Of a stretch of DNA of 53,080 nt, positions 37,212-46,625 are shown in pieces. A program made the position numbers and the translations under genes. The notes beneath the pieces are model-generated. The model ran no database searches. It had not been told where the DNA came from and was given only the letters and a program-made list of their open reading frames with translations. Origin of the DNA: an uncultured Sphingomonadaceae bacterium (GTDB taxonomy: Bacteria > Pseudomonadota > Alphaproteobacteria > Sphingomonadales > Sphingomonadaceae); contig CAXTQJ010000003.1 of the NCBI GenBank assembly GCA_964246245.1, positions 1 through 53,080 of the forward strand, written 5' to 3'. Numbering within the stretch: the stretch's first letter is position 1; every line of letters begins with the position of its first letter.

Positions 37212-37981
37212 ATGCTGGTCGTGGAGACGGTGGCGCGGATCCGGCGAGTTTTTCGTCAAGGGCAAGTCGATCAAGGAGATCGTGCGGGACCTGAGCGTGT
37301 CGCGGAACACGGTTCGGAAGGTGCTGCGGTCGGGCGAGACGGCGTTCGCGTACGAGCGCAGCGTGCAGCCGCTGCCGAAGCTGGGGCCGTGGTCGGCCGA
37401 TCTGGAGCGGCTGCTGGAGATGAACGATGGCAAGGCAAGGCGCGAGCGCCTGACTATGATCCGCTTCTTCGAGGAGCTGCAGGGGCTCGGCTACCTCGGC
37501 GGCTATGATGCGGTCTGGCGCTACGCGGCGAACTGGCAAAGCGATCGGTCGGCGGCGACGGCTGCGACGTACGTGCCGCTGAGTTTCGCGCTGGGCGAGG
37601 CATACCAGTTGAACTGGAGCCATGAGGTGGTGCTGATCGGCGGCATCACCACGACGGTTAAGGTGGCGCACCTGCGGCTCTGCCACAGCCGCATGTTCTA
37701 TGTGCGAGCGTACGCCGGCGCCTCGCCGCCTCGGCCGAAGGCGACCGGCAGATGGTCGGTATCCTGGCGGCGGTGCTGACCGACGGGCTCGATGCAGTGG
37801 AGGCGGCCTGCGCCGAGGCGCTCGCCGGCGGCACGGTCAGCCGCGACGTCGTGATCAACATCCTTACCCGCCGGCGCCAGCCACCGGTGCCCGCCACCAT
37901 CGCCACGCCCGAGGGGCTGCGGCTCCGCCACGAGCCCATCGCCGATTGTGCCCGCTACGACAGCCTGAGGAGGCCCTATGG
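37212..37981 (+). pseudogene. istA: IS21 transposase IstA, frameshifted and internally deleted
   Basis: MLVVETVARIRR / SRNTVRKVLRSGET, GEAYQ..WSHE, HSRMFYVRAY then jumps to the C-terminal GDRQMVGILAAVLTDG...ADCARYDSL. Confidence 0.85.
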
Positions 37982-38709
37982 AACGCCACCAGATCCTCGA
38001 GGGGATGGGCGAGCTGAAGCTCACCGGCATGCGCCATGCCTATGACGAGGTGGTCGCCGATGCCGTGAAGCGCCAGAACCCGGTGCCGCGCGTCGTCGGC
38101 GATCTGCTCACCGCCGAGATCGACGAGAAGCAGGCGCGCTCGATCCGCTACCAGATGACGATCGCCAAGCTGCCGCTCGCCAAGGAGATCGTCGGCTTCG
38201 ACTTCGCCACCACGCCGATCAACGAGGGGCTGGTACGCGAGCTCGCCGGAGGCGGCTTCCTCGCCAGCCAGCGCAACCCCCGCTGGTGGGCGGCACCGGC
38301 ACCGGCAAGACCCACCTCGCCATCGCGATCGGCCGCGCCTGCGTGCGCAACGGCGCCCGGGTCCGGTTCTACAACACGGTCGACCTGGTGAACCGGCTCG
38401 AAGCCGAGGCCCGCGCCGGCAAGCCAGGCCGCATCGCCGATCACCTGTCGCGGCTCGATCTCGTCATCCTCGACGAGCTCGGCTACCTGCCGTTCGCCCT
38501 CTCCGGCGGCCAGCTGCTGTTCCACCTCGTCAGCAAGCTCTACGAGCAGACCTCGATCGTGGTCACACCAACCTCGCGTTCGGCGAGTGGCCCACCGTGT
38601 TCGGCGACGCCAAGATGACGACCACGCTCCTCGATCAGCTACCCACCACTGCAACATCGTCGAGACCAGCAACGACAGCTGGCGGTTCAAGAGCCGCGAA
38701 AACGACTGA
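37978..38709 (+). pseudogene. istB: IS21 helper ATPase IstB, frameshifted
   Basis: LKLTGM, AKLPLAK, GGTGTGKTHLA Walker A, ILDELGYLP Walker B, VFGDAKMTTTLLD spread over several frames. Confidence 0.88.
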
Positions 38710-38778
38710 GCTCAATTCCCCGCGCGGAGGGGAATCTTCGACGCCGATCCAGGGTCAATTTCTTACGCCGATTGACCA

Positions 38779-39098
38779 TCTCGAAGGCATCCGACCACTG
38801 GCCCTATAAGAACGGTGTCGCGCTCGACTTCTCGCGCCCCGGAAAGCCGACCGACAATGCCTTCGTCGTATCGTTAAATGGTCGCTAGCGCGACAAATGC
38901 TCAATGCGCATTGGTTTCTGTCGCTGGCCGACACCCGCGTCAAGATAGAGCGTGGCGGAGCTTCTACAACGAGAGTCGACCTCACACGTCGCTTGGCTGG
39001 CTGACGCCGAACGAATATGCTTCTGCAGCAACCCTCCGGGTCGCGGAATGAACGCCGGACGCTCGCCTTCAGACTAGAGAAAATCCGGGCGACCCTCA
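38779..39098 (+). mobile_element. IS3-family orfB 3' remnant with right end
   Basis: Decayed LDFSRPGKPTDNAF, LNAHWFLSLAD, FYNESRPHTSLGWLTP; ends GACCCTCA. Confidence 0.8.
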
Positions 39099-39178
39099 TC
39101 GGGCATTACCACGTTTTGCTTGGCACGTGAGCTTACCTGCTTTGCCTAGGCGGCGCAGGTATCGATCGCCAGCTCCGG

Positions 39179-40003
39179 TCAGAACTTGATGAAGCCGGCC
39201 TCGACCGGTTTGTCGCTGATCATCGTGTTATTCTCGAAACATGAGCCGTCGTCGAGCACCTCCCACTTCCGCTCGGTCATGCGGTGCCAGATGTTGGTCG
39301 TCACCACCGGCTCGGTCAGGGCCTCGGGGTCGTCCATCGTCACGGTGACGTGCATGACATCGGCGGCGACGCGCCGGATGGTCCAGCGAAGGTGAAGCTT
39401 GTCGCTGTGCGGGAATTGGGGTGGCCCGAGCGTCGTCTGGCTATTGAGGCCGACGGTATCGACGAAGAGCGTATCGCCCGTCCACGAACCGGTCGAGTGG
39501 CCATTAAAGCTGGCCGGCAGATCGGCCGGATGCCTCCGGCCATCGGTCCAGATGAAGATCGGGAGCGTCCCGAAGATGAAGATCGTGACGAGGCCAGGGG
39601 TCTGCACGACCTCGTCGGGATAGACCTTGACCAACAGCATCGCCGGCAGGCCGAACGGCAGACACCGCGAGCCGATGTCGCCGACGGCTCGGCCCTTCTT
39701 CAAGGCGGCGGCGCGCTCGTCCGCGATCTTCTGATAGGCCGGCGTGTACGGCAGCGGCCACGGCGCGAAGAACGTCGGCGGCCGGCCATCGGAGCTGGCC
39801 CCGCTGTTCGTGATCGCGCCCTTGCCAGGAACCCCGATCGCCGTTCCCAGCCATATCCCAGATATGTCGGGAACCGCGGGGTCGCCGTAGTAGGAAACGC
39901 CGGCCGGTGGCCATCGGTCGCCGGGCGCGGCGCTGGCGGGGGTGGCGACCGTCAGGCCCAGGCCCAGGGAGCCGGCCATCATCAGGCAGCGCGCGATACC
40001 CAT
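39179..40003 (-). CDS. Exported hypothetical protein (paralog A)
   Basis: Signal peptide ending PASA, PDISGIW, RCLPFGLP, FNGHSTGSWTGDTLFVDT, PHSDKL, SCFENN. Confidence 0.85.
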   Translation of the reverse strand: MGIARCLMMAGSLGLGLTVATPASAAPGDRWPPAGVSYYGDPAVPDISGIWLGTAIGVPGKGAITNSGASSDGRPPTFFAPWPLPYTPAYQKIADERAAALKKGRAVGDIGSRCLPFGLPAMLLVKVYPDEVVQTPGLVTIFIFGTLPIFIWTDGRRHPADLPASFNGHSTGSWTGDTLFVDTVGLNSQTTLGPPQFPHSDKLHLRWTIRRVAADVMHVTVTMDDPEALTEPVVTTNIWHRMTERKWEVLDDGSCFENNTMISDKPVEAGFIKF

Positions 40004-40031
40004 CTCAGCATCTCCTAAGTGCCGCCATGTT

Positions 40032-40442
40032 TCACTCGGCCGGACGGGCTCCCGCGGCAATCGGCGCGCGTTCGCCGACGACCTGCCCGTTGGCAAAGCG
40101 AACGGCGTTGAGCGCGCCGCCCTTTTCGCCCGACAGAAGCGGCGAGATATAGACGGTGATCTTGTCGCCCGGTGCCAGCGATCCCTTGGCAAAGCCCTGC
40201 CGCCGCATCAGTCCGGGGTTGCCGCCTTCGATGCTGAACTTGTCGGGATTGGCCGTGCCGTTCGGTACCAGCAGGTAGAGCCAGGTGTGCGGGCTCGTCC
40301 ACTGCCAGTCCTTCACCGTCGCGTTCTTCAGCTCGATCTCCTTGCTCTTGTCGAACATTGCGAAACTGTGGTGAGCCAAAGCCGGCGCGGCGATGAAGAC
40401 GGCGAGCAGGACGGTCACACGAGGCGAATGTGTCATAGCCAT
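40032..40442 (-). CDS. DUF6152-like exported protein
   Basis: Signal peptide APALA then HHSFAMFD, WQWTSPH, SLAPGDKITV. Confidence 0.8.
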   Translation of the reverse strand: MAMTHSPRVTVLLAVFIAAPALAHHSFAMFDKSKEIELKNATVKDWQWTSPHTWLYLLVPNGTANPDKFSIEGGNPGLMRRQGFAKGSLAPGDKITVYISPLLSGEKGGALNAVRFANGQVVGERAPIAAGARPAE

Positions 40443-40462
40443 GCTCCTGTGAGATGCACCGA

Positions 40463-41278
40463 TCATCGGACGAATGCATCGGGATGATAGTTGGTCCCGG
40501 GCTGACACAACCACTCCTTGGGCTCCCAAGCGCGACTGTTGCCGGCCCCGTAGATTACGCTGGTCATCAGCGGCCGGGAAAAGGCGACAGGGTCGGTCAT
40601 CGTCACCGTCACGCGCAGCGTCTTGACGTCGACGCGATGAAAGCGCTCCTGAACGACGAGCTGGTCGCTGTGCGGTACCCCCGTCGCATCGATCGGCTGA
40701 TCCCTGATCCCGCGCACTTCGACCAGCAGGTCGCCGCCGTCGTAGTGGCCCATCGCGCTGCCGTTCGAGAATTCTTCGAGGTCCTTCGCGGCCGGGAAGG
40801 GGCGGCCGTCGAGCCACACCCGGCGCACAGGCATCCCGTCGCGATAGAGCATCACCCGCCCCGGCGTCTGGATGATCAGCAGCGGTCCGGTCATCCCGGT
40901 GTCGAAGCGCGGCATCCCGGGAGGCAGGCAGCTTTGCACTGGATCATCGCTGCGCTTGCCGGCCGCTGCCGCCGCCTGACGCTGCCGCCAGATCTCGGCA
41001 TATTTGGGCGTCAAAGGCGGTGGCCATGGCAGCCAGCCTTCGGCGCTGGCCGACGCGGGGCTGGTTCCATCTCGCACCCAGACGCCGCTCACGTCGGGCG
41101 CGGCCGCGTCGCCGTGAAGACTGAGCGTTTCCGCGGGGAGGGGCCTCGGAGCCTGCGCGGTGGTTATCATCACCACCGCAGCGCCCACGACCAGTCGAGC
41201 GGAAAGTCGGCCGACACCGTGCCGGCGGCGTTCGACGATCATCATTGCCTCCGCGGGCGAGTAGGACATGGCGGTCAA
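40463..41278 (-). CDS. Exported hypothetical protein (paralog B)
   Basis: PDVSGVW, SCLPPGMP, IIQTPG, GHYDGGDLLVEV, PHSDQL, WLCQPG; ATG overlaps upstream TGA, later starts possible. Confidence 0.82.
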   Translation of the reverse strand: MTAMSYSPAEAMMIVERRRHGVGRLSARLVVGAAVVMITTAQAPRPLPAETLSLHGDAAAPDVSGVWVRDGTSPASASAEGWLPWPPPLTPKYAEIWRQRQAAAAAGKRSDDPVQSCLPPGMPRFDTGMTGPLLIIQTPGRVMLYRDGMPVRRVWLDGRPFPAAKDLEEFSNGSAMGHYDGGDLLVEVRGIRDQPIDATGVPHSDQLVVQERFHRVDVKTLRVTVTMTDPVAFSRPLMTSVIYGAGNSRAWEPKEWLCQPGTNYHPDAFVR

Positions 41279-42228
41279 TGCGTGGGGTCCGCGGAGGTCA
41301 ACTCGGCATAAGTCGTTTCGATGAACGTCGGGAAGCGTCGGGCGACGCCGGGAAGGGGCATATCATGGAGCGAAGCCTTGATCTCGGCCAGGCTCATGTG
41401 GCGATCGACCATCGCCTTGACCTCGGCGCGGCGGCGCTCACCGGTATGCAGGCGTTCCTCGACCTCGTCGCGTGTGAGTATGCCGCCGTGACCGGCGACG
41501 AAGCGATCGGCGTCGAGCGCAAGCATTGCGTTGATCGCGCCGATCCAGCCAAGCGACGAACCGTGCTTCTCGAGATGGATGCCCGGATACATGCCGACAT
41601 CGGGCGCCAGCAAATCCCCGGCATAAACCAGCTTCTCGGCCGGCAGGTAGACGATCAGGTCACCGTCGGTATGCGCGGGCCCGGTATGGATGAGCACGAG
41701 ACGGACGCCATCGAGCGTCAACGCTTCGCGCTGGCTGACCGTGCGGGTCGGCACGTAGTCCCTGATCTCGGGCGGTGGTGGCGTTCCGTTCGATCGAGGG
41801 TCGGCGGCGACGCGGACGATGTCTCGCCTGGTATTTTCCTGGGCGATCACGGCGATGTCGCGCGGGTAGGCGGGAAGGCCGTTGATATGGTCGGGATCGC
41901 TGTGCGTCAGGATCACCGCATCGACCGGCTTCGGCGTCAGCGCGGCGATGTCGGCCAGCACCGTCTTCGCGGCGGTGGGAAAGGCCTGCGCGTCGATCAC
42001 GATCACCCCGGTCGAGCCAATGATGAAGCCGGTCGTGCTGATCCCGCCCGAAACCATGTAGGCGTCGGCGGTCAACGCGATGACGGTCAGCGACCGCGCC
42101 GGCGGAGAGGCCGACGCCGACGAAGCGACCGCCGCCGGCGGTGCGACCTGGCTCGTCGCTGCGGCGGTGGTCAGCGCCAGCCCGGCCGCCACCGCCAGCT
42201 TCGTCCCCGCGTGGATGCCGACCATCAT
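41275..42228 (-). CDS. Exported MBL-fold metallo-hydrolase (cyclase/CphA-like)
   Basis: Signal peptide, IVIDA, LTHSDPDHING, AHTDGDL, YAGDL, VAGHG. Confidence 0.88.
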   Translation of the reverse strand: MMVGIHAGTKLAVAAGLALTTAAATSQVAPPAAVASSASASPPARSLTVIALTADAYMVSGGISTTGFIIGSTGVIVIDAQAFPTAAKTVLADIAALTPKPVDAVILTHSDPDHINGLPAYPRDIAVIAQENTRRDIVRVAADPRSNGTPPPPEIRDYVPTRTVSQREALTLDGVRLVLIHTGPAHTDGDLIVYLPAEKLVYAGDLLAPDVGMYPGIHLEKHGSSLGWIGAINAMLALDADRFVAGHGGILTRDEVEERLHTGERRRAEVKAMVDRHMSLAEIKASLHDMPLPGVARRFPTFIETTYAELTSADPTH

Positions 42229-42245
42229 TTGCCGCTCCGCCTGCC

Positions 42246-44723
42246 TCAGAACCTGGTCGACAGCCGGAGACCGTACAGTCGTGGCGTCCCCGGCAGGCTG
42301 ACGATCAGGTTCGTCGCCGGCGCCGGCGTTCCGTAGATCGGGCTGCGGTCGTTGCCGATGTTGCGGACGAACGCGGCCAGGGCATAGCGACCGTCCTTCG
42401 CCCCGATCGAGACCTGGGCGTTGGCGGTAAAGACATGATCGACATATTCGGTCGAGATATAGTCGAAGCCGACGTAGCGACCCGACCGATACTGCCCGTC
42501 GGCGCTCAGGACGAGCTGATAGTCGCCGATAGGGATGACCTGCTCGGCCCCGAAATTGACCGTCCACTTCGGCGCGTTGATCCCGACCTGTCCGGAACAG
42601 TCGATGACGAATGTCGCACCGACGGGCGTGACGGCGCAGCCGGTGACCGGACGCGCCGGCGAGGTATAGGTGAAGGAATTATACTTCACGTCGAGATACT
42701 GCACGTTGACGCTGAGCGTCGTCGTCGGCGTGACCAGCGCCCGGCCCTCGACCTCGGCGCCGCGGTTGGTCGAGCGGCCGATGTTCTGGGTCAGGAGGCC
42801 GATCCGGCCGAGGGGATCGACACCCAGATAGGTGATCTGCTGGTCGTGATACTCCCAGTCATACAGTTCGACGTTGAGCTGCACGCGGTTGTCGAGGAAG
42901 CGGTTCTTCGCGCCGATGGTGTAGGCGGTGATGGTCTCGGGGCCATAGTTGAAGGCGGTGTTGAACCCGCCCGCGCGGTAGCCCGTCTCGACGCTCGCGT
43001 AGAGGAGCGATCGCGGACCCGCGTCGACCTCGACCGCGCCCCGATAGTTGACCTTGCTTTGGTCCAGCTTGCCCGAGCCGACGACGTCGGTTCGGGCGAC
43101 GAGGACGCCGGGAGCGAGCGTCGCGCGCCCGCCGCTGACCGGCGGGAAGATCGGCTGCTGCTCGAGGGTCGTCGTGTACGGCAGCAGCGTTGCCGTCGGG
43201 CACGCCGCCGGCAGGACGCAGACCTCGGTCAGGGTGCGCGCCAGATTGCTGAAGGTCTTGTGGTCTTCCGTATAGCGGACGCCGCCGGTGAACCGCAGCC
43301 AGTCGGTCGCGTGTAGGGTCAGACGGCCGTAGAAGGCCGGCGAGTGGGTGTCGTATTGCGACTGGGTGTAGCCGTTCTGGACGCCCGACCCGGTGTGGGT
43401 GTCGTCGTTGATCCGCTCGCTGAAATAGTAAGCGCCGAGGATATAGTCGAAAAGCTTGCCGCGGTTGCTGACCAGACGCGCCTCGACCGAATACTGGTTC
43501 TGCGACTGGACGTCGCCGACCGCGCCTGCCGAATCGGTGCTCAGGTTGTTCTTGTTCGCGTGTCGCCACGCCGGCAAAACGCTGAACGTGCCGATCGGGG
43601 TCTGCCAGTCGACATGCGTGTCGATGCCGTAGGTCTCGTTGTTCTGGTACGGCAGGAAGATCAGCGGATCGAGCGAGCGCGTCGGAATCGAGCTGATCAC
43701 CCCGTTGCTCGTGCGATAGGCTTGGCCGACGGCGCTGAACAGGCCACTGTCGAGCGGCAGGCCCGACGGCGTGATGACAAATTGGCTGGTGACCGGGTTG
43801 AAGGCGTACTTGCCGACGTAGCTCACGCCCGATCCGGTCGCGCCCTGCCGCGCATAGTCGCCTTCGATGCGGACGGTCAGGTCGGGCGTCAGCTTGACCT
43901 TGAACTGCGCGCGGACACCGCCGGTGTTCTCGCTCTGCGTCCCGTCCGTCAGGTAGCCGTCGTGTGCCGTGTAGGTGGCCGACACCCGGAACGCCGCATC
44001 CTCGCCCAGGCCGACGTTCATCGCTCCTTCCAGATTGGCCGTGTTGTAGTTGCCATACGTGCCCACGGCATAGCCCGATACTTCGCCGAACCGCGGCTGG
44101 ACGGGAATGACGTTGATCGTGCCGCCGGTCGCATTGCGGCCGTACAGCGTCCCTTGTGGCCCCTTGAGCACTTCAACGCGCTCGAGATCGAAGAAGGTGC
44201 TGAAGGTCGAGCTCGACCGCGAGACATAGACGCCGTCGACGTTGAACGCGGCGGCGGGATCGCTGCCTGGCGTAGCCGAAAGGTTGCCGATACCGCGGAT
44301 GAAGAGGATGTTCCCCTGGCTGCCGCTGGCCACGATCAGCGACGGTGTCAATCTGCCTAACGATTCGAGGCCGCGGACACCGGCGTTGATCAGGTCCGCC
44401 CCGGACACGACGGCAACGGCGACGGCGGCCTTCTGCAGGCTCTCTGTGCGCTGCTGCGCCGTGATCACGATCTCTTGCAATCCCGACTGCTCGGTGAGTA
44501 CCTGCGCCGCCTCGGACTGGCCGATCTGGCTCGGACCCTGCGGCGACGTAGTCGACGCCGAGGTCGGCGCGGTGCCCGGCGGCGCCGTGGTCCCCTGATC
44601 GGCCTGCGCTTGCATCATCGGAGCGGCGCCGGATAGGCTCGCTTGGGTTTGGGCTACGACGGGCATCGGCGCGAGCAGGCTCGCCGCCGAAAGCTTCAGC
44701 CACGTCTTTCGCGATACGCGCAT
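42246..44723 (-). CDS. TonB-dependent receptor
   Basis: EIVITAQQRTESLQKA, RVEVLKGPQGTLYGRNATGG, C-terminal PRLYGLRLSTRF; start at MRVSRK. Confidence 0.96.
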   Translation of the reverse strand: MRVSRKTWLKLSAASLLAPMPVVAQTQASLSGAAPMMQAQADQGTTAPPGTAPTSASTTSPQGPSQIGQSEAAQVLTEQSGLQEIVITAQQRTESLQKAAVAVAVVSGADLINAGVRGLESLGRLTPSLIVASGSQGNILFIRGIGNLSATPGSDPAAAFNVDGVYVSRSSSTFSTFFDLERVEVLKGPQGTLYGRNATGGTINVIPVQPRFGEVSGYAVGTYGNYNTANLEGAMNVGLGEDAAFRVSATYTAHDGYLTDGTQSENTGGVRAQFKVKLTPDLTVRIEGDYARQGATGSGVSYVGKYAFNPVTSQFVITPSGLPLDSGLFSAVGQAYRTSNGVISSIPTRSLDPLIFLPYQNNETYGIDTHVDWQTPIGTFSVLPAWRHANKNNLSTDSAGAVGDVQSQNQYSVEARLVSNRGKLFDYILGAYYFSERINDDTHTGSGVQNGYTQSQYDTHSPAFYGRLTLHATDWLRFTGGVRYTEDHKTFSNLARTLTEVCVLPAACPTATLLPYTTTLEQQPIFPPVSGGRATLAPGVLVARTDVVGSGKLDQSKVNYRGAVEVDAGPRSLLYASVETGYRAGGFNTAFNYGPETITAYTIGAKNRFLDNRVQLNVELYDWEYHDQQITYLGVDPLGRIGLLTQNIGRSTNRGAEVEGRALVTPTTTLSVNVQYLDVKYNSFTYTSPARPVTGCAVTPVGATFVIDCSGQVGINAPKWTVNFGAEQVIPIGDYQLVLSADGQYRSGRYVGFDYISTEYVDHVFTANAQVSIGAKDGRYALAAFVRNIGNDRSPIYGTPAPATNLIVSLPGTPRLYGLRLSTRF

Positions 44724-44849
44724 TTTCGTCCTCCCCACCCCGCCAGCTTGCCCGGCTGTTGTGGCGGGATCCCCGGTAGGAGCCGCCATCGTGCGGGATG
44801 TATCGCATCAGGCCGACGCCGTCGCCGAGATGGCAAAATGCGGAAGGTG

Positions 44850-45788
44850 TTACCCGTCAGGCATAGGCAGGGCCGCTGCCGATCGCATCCGGCGCTCATG
44901 CGCCGCTGCCGCACGGGTCGCGAGGTCGTCGAGATACTGGGCCGCCGGCGTCAGCGGGAGGCCGGCCCGGCGCACCGCACAGACGCGCATCGCGTCGGGC
45001 AGGTTGCGGACCGGGATGCGGATGAGGATGCCCGTCGCGTTGATGAAGTCAATCCATTGCTGCGGCAGCGGTGCCAGCAGATCCGACGTCGCGACGATGA
45101 CGGCCACGCACATCCCCGACGACGCCTGCATCGTGATTCGCGGCGGCGGCATGCCTGCGTCACGGAACACGCAGTTGACCTCGTTGTCGGTGTCGATCGC
45201 GATCGGCGTCGTCACCCACCGCGCCCCCTGCAGTTCCTGCAGCGTCGTGGCAGAGCGCAGCGGATGGTCGCGGCGGCCGACGATGATCCGCCGGTTCTCG
45301 AAGAGCAAGGTAACGGTCAAGGCCGGGTCGGCAAAGCTTGGCATGACCGGGCCGTAGTAGAGGTCGACCAGTCCGTCGCGCAACTCGGTCTCGACCATCG
45401 GCAAGGTCCGTTCGACGATCTTCAGCCGGATGTTAGGAAACCGCCGGTGGAACCGGTCGCCGATGGCCGGGAGCAGGGAAAGGAGCGTCGCGCCGGAAAA
45501 GGCGACCGCGATCGATCCGCGATCGGCACCCTTGAACTGCTCGATCTCGTCGAGCGTCCGCTCCATTTCCGCCTGCATCCCGCGCGCGCGGCGGACGAAA
45601 ATGTCGCCGGCCGGCGTCAGGATCATGCCGAACTTGTTCCGTTCGAACAGCGTGACGCCGAGTTCATGCTCGAGCTCGCGGATGCTGCGCGACATCGCCG
45701 GCTGGGCCAGGCCGAGGCTCTTCGCCGCCGCGCGCAGGCTGCCGCGTTCGACGATGGCGACCACGTTGCGCAGATGATGCAGTTTCAT
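44850..45788 (-). CDS. LysR family regulator (TsaR/AbgR-like)
   Basis: GSLRAAAKSLGLAQPAMSRSIRELEHELGVTLFER, LTPAA. Confidence 0.95.
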   Translation of the reverse strand: MKLHHLRNVVAIVERGSLRAAAKSLGLAQPAMSRSIRELEHELGVTLFERNKFGMILTPAGDIFVRRARGMQAEMERTLDEIEQFKGADRGSIAVAFSGATLLSLLPAIGDRFHRRFPNIRLKIVERTLPMVETELRDGLVDLYYGPVMPSFADPALTVTLLFENRRIIVGRRDHPLRSATTLQELQGARWVTTPIAIDTDNEVNCVFRDAGMPPPRITMQASSGMCVAVIVATSDLLAPLPQQWIDFINATGILIRIPVRNLPDAMRVCAVRRAGLPLTPAAQYLDDLATRAAAAHERRMRSAAALPMPDG

Positions 45789-45817
45789 GAGCGAGACACC
45801 GGGCGGATGGCCGGGCC

Positions 45818-45836
45818 CGGGTATACCCGTTCGGTA
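45818..45836. promoter_or_regulatory. Candidate LysR binding site
   Basis: CGGGTATACCCG palindrome overlapping a T-N11-A box TACC-N5-GGTA, 30 bp upstream of the LysR start. Confidence 0.45.
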
Positions 45837-45959
45837 ACACCTTGGTCAAAACGGCATCTTCTGGTGCCGTCGCCCGACGGCTAGCTGTCGACCGACCCGA
45901 CCGAAGAAGGCGCGACGATACGCGTCGCGCGAACGGCGGCGGGGACCTGGGGAGTGGCC

Positions 45960-46625
45960 ATGACGTCAGATGTCCCGTCCGAGCTGCCGGCGGAAGGCAC
46001 CGATACGGCGATGTCGGCGATGGCCGACCGGCTGGCGATCCGCGACCTGCTCGACAACTGGGTGGTTTGGCGCGATGCGGGGGACTGGGACCGCTTCGCG
46101 TCGTGCTGGCATCCCGACGGCCGGATGATAGCGACCTGGTTTCAAGCCGGTGCGGCCGAGTTCATCGCCGGCTGCCGGCGGGCCTTCGAGGCCGGTTCGG
46201 TCGGCCTGCACTTTCTGGGCGGTAGCAGCATCGAGGTGCACGGCGCGCGTGCCTTCGCGCAGACCAAGATGCAGATCACGCAACGCGGCATCGTCCACGG
46301 CGTCGCCGTCGACGTCACCTGTCACGGTCGCTTCTTCGATGCCGTCGAACGCTGCGAGCGACGCTGGACCATCCTCCACCGCCAGCCGGTCTACGAACTT
46401 GACGCCATGACGGTCGTCGACCCGGGCTCGACGATCCGTCTCGACGACGCGCTGCTGACGTCGTTCCCCGTCGGCTATCGCCATCTCGCCTACCTGCAGA
46501 CGCAGATGGGCTTCGTCATCCGACGCGATCTTCCCGGCACGCGCGGACCGGAGGTCGTCGCGCTCGACGCCAGCCTGCGTCGGTGGCTGGCGACCGGCGA
46601 CCGCGCGGCATTGTCGGCCGCATGA
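45960..46625 (+). CDS. SnoaL-like / NTF2-fold protein (BaiE/LinA-like)
   Basis: ADRLAIRDLLDNWVVWRDAGDW, HFLGGS, GRFFD, YRHLAYLQ. Confidence 0.85.
   Translation: MTSDVPSELPAEGTDTAMSAMADRLAIRDLLDNWVVWRDAGDWDRFASCWHPDGRMIATWFQAGAAEFIAGCRRAFEAGSVGLHFLGGSSIEVHGARAFAQTKMQITQRGIVHGVAVDVTCHGRFFDAVERCERRWTILHRQPVYELDAMTVVDPGSTIRLDDALLTSFPVGYRHLAYLQTQMGFVIRRDLPGTRGPEVVALDASLRRWLATGDRAALSAA

Larger units (their letters stand above)
37101..38778 (+). mobile_element. Degenerate IS21-family insertion sequence
   Basis: Repeated terminal motifs (ATCGGCGT..TTGACC) in inverted orientation at both ends, istA and istB remnants inside. Confidence 0.85.

Noticed and set aside
41275-42228. Metallo-beta-lactamase antibiotic resistance gene
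   Set aside because: Fold similarity only; the altered metal motif and catabolic TBDR operon context argue against it
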